From Chlamydiia bacterium (GTDB lineage: Bacteria > Chlamydiota > Chlamydiia > Chlamydiales > JBMOFD01): a stretch of DNA of 36,668 nt. The notes under the pieces were generated by a model, which saw only the letters and a list, made by a program, of their open reading frames with translations, was not told the DNA's origin and ran no database searches. How positions within the stretch are numbered: position 1 is the stretch's first letter; the number at the start of each line of letters is the position of its first letter. Both the position numbers and the translations under genes were made by a program. Location: NCBI GenBank assembly GCA_049314435.1, contig JBMOFD010000009.1:1-36668 (forward strand). Direction: 5' to 3'. Positions 8,405-17,300 of this stretch are shown here, piece after piece.

Positions 8405-9415
8405 ATGAGAAAACATCGCCTCAAGATGGGGCTAGACCCTCTTTGGCTTCCGGCCATTCTACTGGCCACCGCAGTAGGACATCTTAGCGCCATCGAGCTG
8501 GTGTCTCCGACCGCCGTTGCCCCATACCCGTCGCCGTGGCTGACGGGGACGTTGCTGGAACCCATCCCCATCGCTCTCAGCCGGGGAGACATTGCTGTTC
8601 AGCCCTACCTCTATTGGACCTGGACGAGAGGGACCTATAGCGACCATGGCGACGTGCAGAGGAAGCCTCTGGTCACCTCAGTCACTATGCAGGCCCGCAT
8701 TGCCTTTGGGCTTGGGAAGGGATTCGATATCCAGTTTCTGCCGACGGCGTCTTTCAATGGGTCTGAAGGACACTCTGTGTTTCGCTGGGAGGATCTAGAA
8801 GCTCAGTTCGACTACCAGCTTAGGTACCCCACTGCACCCGGTTGGTTTCCCGGGGTGGAGTTATCCCTTGGTGAGATCCTCCCTATAGGCCGGTACGACC
8901 ATCTGTCGCCGGTCAAGAATGGCGCAGATGCCAGTGGTCTTGGGGCCTTTGCAACGTTTGGCGAGGTCGTCTTTCACCGCATCTACGCACTGAACGCGCG
9001 GCATGATCTCTCCACGGCCTTGACGCTAACCTTAGCGGTCCCGGGTTCGGTACACGTTGAGGGACTCAATGCTTATGGTGGCGGCTTCGACACGGATGGA
9101 GTCGTTTCTCCAGGTATCGCCTTCAACGGACTCCTCAGTTTGGAGCTCACGCTGACAAGGAATTGGGTATTGGCGTTCGATACCCAATACACTTGGACAG
9201 GTCAGTCTAGCTTCAAGGGGTGTCCAGGATGGACCGATACAGGTTGCGTGGCCCAAGTGGGACTTCCTGTCGCACAACAGCTCAGCTTGGCTCCCTGCCT
9301 CGAATACAACTTCAATGACAAGATCGGGCTGATCGCTGGTGTTTGGTTCTCTGTGTGGGGGCGTAATAGTCCCGTCTTCACGACAGGGGCTATTGCCCTG
9401 TCCTGTGAATTTTGA
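8405..9415 (+). CDS. Putative outer-membrane beta-barrel transporter-like protein
   Basis: Signal-peptide-like N-terminus, PWLTGTLL motif, alternating amphipathic beta strands, C-terminal Phe (ALSCEF). Confidence 0.7.
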   Translation: MRKHRLKMGLDPLWLPAILLATAVGHLSAIELVSPTAVAPYPSPWLTGTLLEPIPIALSRGDIAVQPYLYWTWTRGTYSDHGDVQRKPLVTSVTMQARIAFGLGKGFDIQFLPTASFNGSEGHSVFRWEDLEAQFDYQLRYPTAPGWFPGVELSLGEILPIGRYDHLSPVKNGADASGLGAFATFGEVVFHRIYALNARHDLSTALTLTLAVPGSVHVEGLNAYGGGFDTDGVVSPGIAFNGLLSLELTLTRNWVLAFDTQYTWTGQSSFKGCPGWTDTGCVAQVGLPVAQQLSLAPCLEYNFNDKIGLIAGVWFSVWGRNSPVFTTGAIALSCEF

Positions 9416-9506
9416 GCATGCTATCGCTTCGTGTCTGCAGTACCAAACGGATGGTGCTGAGAAATCCTCTGATCGGGTATGGCTCCTGGAGAGGATATTG
9501 GCTCGC

Positions 9507-10421
9507 ATGCTGGACATTGATTCACTCTCACTTCCCTGCTGGTGCGCCTCGCTGACGATCACAAAAAGCTCGTTGGCTAAGCGGGAGAGCGCCTTTGTGC
9601 GATGGAAGCAGGTCGCCGAACGCTACCCATGCGTCCTGCTAGCAACCTGTGAGCGGCTTGAGTGGTATGGATCGAGTCCCGTAGAGCTCGGCCGATTTGC
9701 AGAGAGAGAGTCACTTACGTGCTACCATGGGGCCGCCTGCCTGGAACATCTCATGCGTGTGACGGCCGGGTGGGAGAGCACCTTTGTTGGAGAGTCAGAC
9801 GTTCAGGGGCAGGTGAAGAGAGCCTACGCTGAAGCCGTGCGGCTCCATCAGCTCCCGAGCGCTCTGCACTATCTGTTCCAGAAGAGTCTCCGAGCCGCCA
9901 AACTCCTAAGACAGCAAACTCCCCAGGTGCACACAGGGCTGGCTCAAGTGGCCAGCCAGATGCTACTCGACCAGACCTCAGATGGAGAGACACTCCTCTT
10001 CATCGGGGCGAGCGCCATGAATCGAGGGATCTTGCATGCTTTGCAGGGAGTCAACAGGAACAAGGTGTTGCTGAGTCGCTATCCCAAGAAGGCTCAGCGC
10101 TTTCCTCCCTGGGTGGAGATCGTCGATTGGCCTCACGCGGAGTGGCTGGAGAAAGCGCATGCGATCTGCTGCGCTACGCGTTCTGAGGAGATCTGGGTGG
10201 AGAGGGTCTCTCCGGTTACGCGCTTGATCCTAGACCTCAGTGTTCCACGTAGAATCAATCCCGATCTCGGTCGTCAGGTGACGCTCTGTAATGTGGACCA
10301 GGTATTGGCCAAGGTCGGTGATCGCTCGAACGTACTGCATGGAAACCAGACGATGCTTAGAGAACTGATGTTACGCTATCTTGGGATGTGGCAATCCAAG
10401 AGGATCATGGCCTATGCGTAG
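9507..10421 (+). CDS. hemA: Glutamyl-tRNA reductase (short chlamydial type)
   Basis: VLLATCERLE (catalytic Cys), GESDVQGQVKRAY, LHYLFQKSL, DLSVPR; start placed at ATG 9507 rather than the ORF-track 9339. Confidence 0.82.
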   Translation: MLDIDSLSLPCWCASLTITKSSLAKRESAFVRWKQVAERYPCVLLATCERLEWYGSSPVELGRFAERESLTCYHGAACLEHLMRVTAGWESTFVGESDVQGQVKRAYAEAVRLHQLPSALHYLFQKSLRAAKLLRQQTPQVHTGLAQVASQMLLDQTSDGETLLFIGASAMNRGILHALQGVNRNKVLLSRYPKKAQRFPPWVEIVDWPHAEWLEKAHAICCATRSEEIWVERVSPVTRLILDLSVPRRINPDLGRQVTLCNVDQVLAKVGDRSNVLHGNQTMLRELMLRYLGMWQSKRIMAYA

Positions 10422-11559
10422 TCTTCGATACATCCTAGCCTGTCTCGGTCTGAGCCTAGGAGTCCTTCTTGGGGCCGCCAACGAGGCCACAGTCCCCTCT
10501 CATCAGGTGCGTGAGAGCAGTCTCTATGAATATGGGGAAGAGATCGTCATTCAGGGGGTCGTGAAGGGTGACGTCTGGGCTGCTGCCAACCATATTTCCA
10601 TCGAAGGGATTGTTCTGGGTTCCTGCTTTCTGTCTGGTGGATCGATCTCGATCACGGGTCAGGTGCAGGGGAATGTACGAGCTCTCTCTGCCCAGTTACA
10701 TCTAGATGGGCTGATTGCGGGTAACCTCCGCTGTCTCGGCGCTGAGGTGAAGGCAGGGCCGAAGAGTCGTGTGTTAGGAACGTCCTTCCTTGCAGCGGGC
10801 AATGCCCAGCTGGGGGGAAAATGGGACCAAAGGGTACGCCTACAGGCAGGAAGCGCTTCCCTACAAGGAGCCTTTCAAGGTCCTGTCAGAGTGACGACCG
10901 GCGATCTAGAAGTCGCCTCTACAGCTAAGCTGTTTGATCAATTCTCCTACTGGACACGACAAGCCCCTCAGATCGCACCTGGCGCTCAACTACTAGGCCA
11001 CGTGGAGGCTGGGCAACTATCTAACGAAGAGACGGAGCACTGGCTATTGGCCTGGCTTGGAGATACGAGCTTTGCCTTGATTCACTGGATCGTAAGCGCG
11101 ATGAACATCCTCTACTCACTGCTGACGGGGTTGATGTTCCTATGGCTCTTCCCTCAGGGCCTGACGACGGCAGTGTATTGCCTTCGGCACCGCCCTTGGG
11201 CCTCCCTAGGACTGGGGGTCGCTACGCTCCTGATCCTGCCCATAGTCGCTTTCATCATGCTGTTGACGGTGTTAGGGATCCCAGTGGCTCTGACGGTTCT
11301 AGCTTTGAATGTGTTTGGTCTCTACACCGCCAAGGTCATCGTGATGTACTGGATGGGGATGGTGCTGATGCCCCGTTCCTACAGGCTGCATCGCCGATGG
11401 GTGCTGATCTTGGGCATTATTCCCTACTTCATGCTGACGTCGATGCCTGTCGTGGGTAACCTGCTGGCAGCTTTCTGCATGACGATTGGACTGGGAGCTG
11501 TCCTACTCTCTTACCGACTGCCTACCAACTACGAAGGCATCCAGACCGCACGCACATAG
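10414..11559 (+). CDS. Membrane protein with N-terminal bactofilin-like (polymer-forming cytoskeletal) beta-helix repeats and C-terminal multi-TM domain
   Basis: Signal peptide, repeated IxGxVxGxV units, about six hydrophobic helices (LLTVLGIPVAL); ATG 10414 overlaps the hemA stop. Confidence 0.72.
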   Translation: MRSLRYILACLGLSLGVLLGAANEATVPSHQVRESSLYEYGEEIVIQGVVKGDVWAAANHISIEGIVLGSCFLSGGSISITGQVQGNVRALSAQLHLDGLIAGNLRCLGAEVKAGPKSRVLGTSFLAAGNAQLGGKWDQRVRLQAGSASLQGAFQGPVRVTTGDLEVASTAKLFDQFSYWTRQAPQIAPGAQLLGHVEAGQLSNEETEHWLLAWLGDTSFALIHWIVSAMNILYSLLTGLMFLWLFPQGLTTAVYCLRHRPWASLGLGVATLLILPIVAFIMLLTVLGIPVALTVLALNVFGLYTAKVIVMYWMGMVLMPRSYRLHRRWVLILGIIPYFMLTSMPVVGNLLAAFCMTIGLGAVLLSYRLPTNYEGIQTART

Positions 11560-11561
11560 TA

Positions 11562-11612
11562 GGAGGACTGGAGGACTCCGTCCTCCAGCGGGGAGCGGGG
11601 CAGAGCCCCGCA
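11562..11612 (+). repeat. REP-like double-hairpin element, copy 2, between convergent stops
   Basis: GGAGGA-CTGGAGGA-ctccg-TCCTCCAG-cgggga-GCGGGGC-aga-GCCCCGC-A fills almost the whole gap between 11559 and 11616. Confidence 0.8.
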
Positions 11613-11615
11613 TGG

Positions 11616-13025
11616 CTAGAACTCAGCGTGACCTGGGTATCTAGGGAAGGGAATACAGTCGCGGATGTTCTCCTGGCCCGTAGCAAACTGCACGAGTCGT
11701 TCGAATCCAAGACCAAATCCCGCATGGGGCACGCTTCCAAACTCGCGTAGCTGGAGATACCAGGAGTAATCTTCTGGGTTCATGCCAGCCGCTCGGATGC
11801 GCTCTATGAGTAGCTCCAGACGATCCTCACGCTGTGAGCCGCCGATGATCTCACCGATGTCAGGGCATAGAACATCCATGGCCGACACCGTCTTCCCATC
11901 CTCATCCAATCGCATGTAGAACGATTTGATCTCTTTGGGGTAGTTCGTGAGGATCACAGGACGCTGGAACACCTCTTCGCAGAGGTAGCGCTCGTGTTCA
12001 GATTGTAGATCTGCACCCCAGTGGCAGGGGAACTCAAACTTCTTGGGAGCTTTTTGGAGGAGCTCAACAGCTTGTGTGTAGGTCAGACGTTCAAAGGGAC
12101 TCTCAATGACTTTCTGTAGCCGTTGCAAGAGCCCTGGCTTCACCCACTGGTCAAAGAAGGCAAAGTCTTCGGGGCAGCGCTCGAGAGCCGCTTTGAGGAC
12201 AAATTTTAGGAACGCCTCAGCCAATTCCATGTTATCGCTGAGGTTGGCGAAGGCCATCTCAGGCTCGATCATCCAGAACTCAGCGAGGTGGCGAGAGGTA
12301 TTGCTGTTCTCAGCGCGGAACGTCGGTCCGAAGGTGTAGATATCGTTGAGAGCGCACGCATAGGCCTCTCCTTCCAGCTGGCCGGAGACTGTCAGGTAGG
12401 TCGGCGCTGCAAAGAAGTCCTGCTTGTAGTCCACGCGCCCGTCAGGTGAGCGAGGAGGCTTGTTCAGATCGAGTGTGGTGACCTGGAACATCTGTCCCGC
12501 TCCTTCACAGTCGGATGCTGTGATGATCGGTGTCTGGATGTAGAGGAAGCCGCGCTCCTGGAAGAACTGATGGATGGCGAAGGCCAGAGCATTCCGAATG
12601 CGCGTTGTAGCGCCCAGTGTATTGGTACGTGGACGGAGATGCGCAATCGTGCGCAGAAATTCCAGGCTATGACGCTTCTTTTGCAGGGGATAGATGTCTG
12701 CGGGGCAGGTGCCCAAGATCTTCAATCCCTGAGCTTTTACCTCGATCGGTTGCTTCGCCCCTGGGCTGGCCACGACCTCTCCTTCGATCTCTACGGAGGT
12801 GCCTGTGGTCAGCGAGGCTACGATGGCCTCGTAATTGGGGAAGGAGGCATCGAGCACCACCTGCGCATTCGCTAGACTCGTGCCATCATTGATCTCGATG
12901 AAGGCAAAATTCTTCTGGTCACGTACGGTACGTACCCATCCGTAGAGGGTGATCTGCGCGCCAATCGGGCGCTGTTGTAGAAGATCGGTCACCCGTAGGC
13001 GACCCGCAGTACATTTAGCGAGCAT
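11616..13025 (-). CDS. asnS: Asparagine--tRNA ligase
   Basis: OB-fold GWVRTVR, HLRPRTN, YLTVSGQLEGE, FRAENSNTSRHLAEFWMIEPE, GFGLGFERL, IPFPR. Confidence 0.97.
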   Translation of the reverse strand: MLAKCTAGRLRVTDLLQQRPIGAQITLYGWVRTVRDQKNFAFIEINDGTSLANAQVVLDASFPNYEAIVASLTTGTSVEIEGEVVASPGAKQPIEVKAQGLKILGTCPADIYPLQKKRHSLEFLRTIAHLRPRTNTLGATTRIRNALAFAIHQFFQERGFLYIQTPIITASDCEGAGQMFQVTTLDLNKPPRSPDGRVDYKQDFFAAPTYLTVSGQLEGEAYACALNDIYTFGPTFRAENSNTSRHLAEFWMIEPEMAFANLSDNMELAEAFLKFVLKAALERCPEDFAFFDQWVKPGLLQRLQKVIESPFERLTYTQAVELLQKAPKKFEFPCHWGADLQSEHERYLCEEVFQRPVILTNYPKEIKSFYMRLDEDGKTVSAMDVLCPDIGEIIGGSQREDRLELLIERIRAAGMNPEDYSWYLQLREFGSVPHAGFGLGFERLVQFATGQENIRDCIPFPRYPGHAEF

Positions 13026-13884
13026 GAGCAAACTCCCTCAGGAGTTGAAGTTCTTGGACCCATAAATCGGGCCCATCAGGGGTTTCAAGATATTTGGGAA
13101 GGTCACACAAGCGCTTGTCTTGCATGACAAATTGGAAGGATTCCATGCCAATCATGCCCTCGCCTAGAGGACGATGGCGATCAACACGCGATCCCAGCCC
13201 TTTCACACTGTCGTTGAGGTGCATGGCTTTGAGAAAACGTAGCCCGATTGTGCGATCGAACTGTTCCAAGGTGTGGTTCCAGCCAGTGGGCGTGCGGATG
13301 TCGTACCCTGCTACAAAAATGTGACAGGTATCGATGCAGACCCCGATGGGTATCTCATGATGAACGGCATGGGTGAGCGTCCCCAACTCTTCAAAGGTCG
13401 ATCCGTAGGAGGAGCCCTGACCAGCTGTGGTCTCGGCGACGAGAGTCAACGAACCATCATCTGGGAGGTGCCGGCGCATCAGCCTGAGAGAGGCAATGAT
13501 GCGATCAGCGCACTGCTCTCTCGGCTGGTCTAAAGCGGCCCCAGGGTGGAAGTTGAGGTAGGGGATCTTCAGCTGGCGGCAGCGGTGAATCTCCTGCTCA
13601 AACGCATGGCGACTCTTCTCCAGAATCTCTGGATTGGGTGCACCTAAGTTGATGAGGTAGCTGTCGTGGGACATCACATGGCGGATGCCAGTAGTGTGGA
13701 GAGCGTCCTGCCAACGAGCCACTTCGTCGGGGTCGATCGCCCCACTTTGCCAGCGGCGCTGGTTGGCTGTGAAGAGCTGGATGCAGGTGGCACCGATCCG
13801 CTCTCCTTCAAGAAGTGCCTGGTGGACACCACCAGCCGCACTACAGTGAGCTCCAAGCCAGAGCGTTTTTGTGTGTTGAGGCAT
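13015..13884 (-). CDS. nfo: Endonuclease IV (AP endonuclease 2)
   Basis: GAHCSAAGG, HDSYLINL, FHPG, ETTAGQGS, CIDTCH, HLNDS, DRH and LETP Zn-ligand motifs. Confidence 0.96.
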   Translation of the reverse strand: MPQHTKTLWLGAHCSAAGGVHQALLEGERIGATCIQLFTANQRRWQSGAIDPDEVARWQDALHTTGIRHVMSHDSYLINLGAPNPEILEKSRHAFEQEIHRCRQLKIPYLNFHPGAALDQPREQCADRIIASLRLMRRHLPDDGSLTLVAETTAGQGSSYGSTFEELGTLTHAVHHEIPIGVCIDTCHIFVAGYDIRTPTGWNHTLEQFDRTIGLRFLKAMHLNDSVKGLGSRVDRHRPLGEGMIGMESFQFVMQDKRLCDLPKYLETPDGPDLWVQELQLLREFAHAR

Positions 13885-13972
13885 CGATCCTCAGGAGCCA
13901 TGTTGAACAGGATCAGTCTAATGGATGGAAGAGTTCTCTAGGAAACCTGGCTTAGCCAAAGAGAGTGAGGAC

Positions 13973-14082
13973 TGCAGGGCTCCGCCCCGCAACCCCGCCG
14001 AGGGATTGCATCCCCCGGGCCCCTCGGTGCAGGGCTCCGCCCCGCAACCCCGCCGAGGGATTGCATCCCCCGGTCCCCCTCT
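13973..14082 (-). repeat. Two tandem 55-bp copies of the REP-like double-hairpin element (copies 3 and 4, inverted orientation)
   Basis: 46 nt identical at 13973 and 14028; reverse complement CCGGGGGA-tgcaa-TCCCTCGG-cggggtt-GCGGGGC-gga-GCCCTGC has the same architecture as the other copies. Confidence 0.88.
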
Positions 14083-14095
14083 ATGTGTCAACCTA

Positions 14096-14131
14096 TAGAG
14101 GTCCTCTTTAGGGTAGAGGTCCTCTTTAGGG
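14096..14131. repeat. Perfect 18-bp tandem duplication TAGAGGTCCTCTTTAGGG x2
   Basis: Units at 14096-14113 and 14114-14131; each contains the mini-palindrome AGAGG-T-CCTCT. Confidence 0.9.
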
Positions 14132-14326
14132 GCCAATTCTTTCTTATAAATCTATAACCAACATAGTGAAGGCTAGAAAGATGGCGATCTAGCGAAAACA
14201 AGGGTGCACCTAATGCTAAATAAATTATTCAGATCGTGAATTTTCTTAATTAATTAGTGTACATTTCGTATATGTATTCTTAATCTTCTCATGATATCAT
14301 ATATATAAAAAACAATTGGATCTGTA

Positions 14327-17300
14327 TTGGACAGGCTTGGTCTTTGGCCACACGTCGTCGCGGAGCTGGGGTCACCTCAGTTGGGGAATGGAGCGGGAGC
14401 TCCGCTCTCGCTGGAGGAGCGCATCCAGCGCCGATGCACGACAGTCCTGGGCAGCTCCACTCCTGTAGAACGCACTTCATGGAAGGGGAGGGCCTCTGAC
14501 CTGATCCGGGCTTGCACCGGAATAGGTGCCCCCACTGAAACCATGAAGTCTCTCTTTGATTCCACGATGCGATTGATCGGCGCTAAGGAGCTCAAGGAGC
14601 TCTCCTTTGAGGGGAGATTGGCCATACAACGCCTACGGCACCCGATGCTGGAGGACGAGCCGTTCGATGATCTTCTGGGGCGAGTGCGTGATCAGTTGAA
14701 GGAGGGCGAGGCAGCCCTCAGGGAACAGGCGGCCCCTAGGGAGTCGGTAGTCCAGCCCCGCTCATGGTTAGATGATCCCGCACAGCTTGAAACGTTCTCC
14801 CTTCTGCATCGCCGTTCCCCCTCATCAAAAGGCAAGGCCCCTAGTCCCCAGGTGCTCGATGCACTGATTCAGGGGCCGGGCCATGATGCATCGATGCCCG
14901 AGCTCTCCAATGGCTATGTCTCCAATGCTCAGACGCAGGAACTGCTGGAGACTCTCGGCAGCGAAGAGATCGCAAAGGATCGTCAGTTTTCCTGGTGGGT
15001 ACGAGGAGGACGGACCTCCGGTCCTACCGTTAGGGATGCTACTCAAGAGTTACTGGTGGCTCAGAAGGACCTCGACGGTCTCGATGGGATCATCGACCGC
15101 GGAGAGGCTCCTGCTCACCGGGGAGGTGCTCTGAAGGAAATTCGGAAGAGGGCCTTCGGTTTGAGCCGTCAGGTGACAAACCTGAAGAACGAGAGTCTTC
15201 GATTCATGGTGGGCAGTCGACCTGTCATGCCGCAGCTGGAAGCAATCCTCAAAAAATGTGCAGGTGGAGAGCTCAAAGGCGCCGCCTCATCCGTGAGTTA
15301 CACGACATCCTGGATCGACGGGATCTTGACTCATGTGGCCTCAGCAGGGGAGTCCTTTGTACAGAACTGCGGAGGAGGCCCTGGGCCTGATGGCACTCTG
15401 CCCGACCTCATGAATGTCCTTGAACAGGCGGCTCGTCAAGCCTGCATGGATAGCATCATGAAGATGGTGCAATCCCTGCAATCGGGGGAGTCTAAAGAGG
15501 CTCCGACGCCCATCCAGTGGCTGGCCACTACGCTGTCTTACCTCTTTGCTAAGGGAGTACGCGGTGCGATATGGTTGATGAAGTACCACCTGTCGCAAAA
15601 GGTCGGTGATCTTCCGAAGCGGCTTTACCAGGCAGCTGCTCGAGGCACGCTGAAGCAGGAGCTGCAGACACTCTGTGCCGATGCACTCCTCAAGGAATGG
15701 AAAGAGCAGATGCTCTGGCAAGTCAGCCGAGCCCTTTCCAAGATCCCAGGGCCTCTTCGTGGCATCATCACGAGATCGCTGGGACCCATAGGACATGCCG
15801 AGCAACCCCTTCTTGTGGAGATCAGACGGCAGTCGGATGGTCGCTACACGGTTAGATTGTTTGGAGAGGCGGGTTCTCTAGCGCACCATATGACCTCCGA
15901 TGGGAACACGCAAAACCCGAAGGAGTGGCGAGATGTAGAGGCTCGCGTCTTGTCCACCGACTTCTTTGCCACTCTCCTCCTACATCGCGCTGAATCCTCC
16001 TGGGAGTCCCAACTCCATCAAGGCAATGAGGCGCTCTATCGCGGAGTCTTAAAGCAGCTAGGTAATGTGTGCCCTCAACCTATTGAGGCAGAGAGTCGGC
16101 AAGCGGAGTGGACGGCGGGACGTTGGGCTCTGAGCTGCGCCTATATGCGGTATCGGCTCAAGCAAACGGAAGAGATGCAGGAACAGCTCCTGGGGCGTAT
16201 GGGCAAGGCTCTGCTCCTCCGATCGATCCGTGTGGCAAAGGGAAATGCCGACGTTCTAGACCGCTCCCAGCTCACGTTCAAACGTGCGCTGAGCCGACTC
16301 CTCCATGTCGAACTGCACCACCCCTCCGAGCATTCTGATCAGGAGGTCAAACGACTCTATGCGACCCTTTGGGATCTGCAGCGTCGCTACCCGGATGTCC
16401 TCCTCGCGACGACAGCAACCTCTGGAGAGGCGCCGCCGGACTTCATGCAGCTGGTAGGTGGTCAGCTGGGTTGGGTGGCTCCTGGTGATGAGGGACTGGT
16501 GGCAGACGTTTTAGCTGTCGCTGTTGGGCCAGAGATGGAGCCCATGATCAGGAAGGCCTTGGCCGAGATGGTGAACAAACGCGCTGCGAAGCCGTTTCAG
16601 TGGCGCTGGCCGACGGTAGGGGACGCGGAGAGCATGGTCTCCTACGGAACCTACGCGCTCATTGGAGTCTCCCCGAGAGATCTCTATGCACCCACTTTCT
16701 TCTCCTGGTTCAGGATTGCCGGCGCGGTGGCCAAAGTGGCCACGCTGATCTTTTTCCCAGGACCCACGCTCCTCCGAGTGGCCATGCCCATGGTGATCAC
16801 GGTTGTGACGGAGGTGGCAAAACGGGCTCTTTATCGACTCGCTCTCTTCTTTACACCAGAGCCTGTGAAGGCCATGGTACGCAAAGCCCGCGCCTGGACG
16901 ATGGCCTGGGTAGCCAAGAAATTGATTCCGCCTCAGCAGTTGGCCATGATTCGGGAGTTGGCTCAACACTGGCACAACCGCCTCCACCGAGGTGGAGAGT
17001 TAGACTATCGATTGCCCCCCCTTCCACAAGCAGTACCTGTAGAGTCTCAAGAGGTGGTACCCATGGGGGCTCAAGAGGCAGTACCCGTAGAGTCTCAAGA
17101 GGTCGCCCCTGTAGGGCCTAACCAGGCCGAAGTTCTTCGAGTGCGCGTGACTAAGGTGTATCCCCCTGCTCCCCCCGTGGCGGCGCCCATGCAGGGGCCT
17201 CCTGAGGAGGACCTGCATCGAGATCCTCTGGAGGTCTGTCAAAGGCTGCTAGACAGCCGTCGGCCAGAGGTCGTTGCACCATTGAAGAGTGGACCGAGTG

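Noticed and set aside
9339..9506. Long N-terminus of HemA / overlap with the barrel gene
   Set aside because: HemA similarity begins after ATG 9507; the upstream in-frame stretch has no recognisable features.
13973..14131. Tandem repeats as a CRISPR array
   Set aside because: Only two units each, no unique spacers of suitable length and no cas genes; the 55-bp unit belongs to the dispersed double-hairpin family.
13918..14136. 72-aa minus-strand ORF
   Set aside because: It is a translation of the 18-bp and 55-bp repeats (PKEDLY x2, GCGAEP).
14291..14326. ATG at 14291 as the start of the giant gene
   Set aside because: In-frame TAA at 14306-14308; no evidence for readthrough, so the start remains uncertain (TTG 14327 or later).
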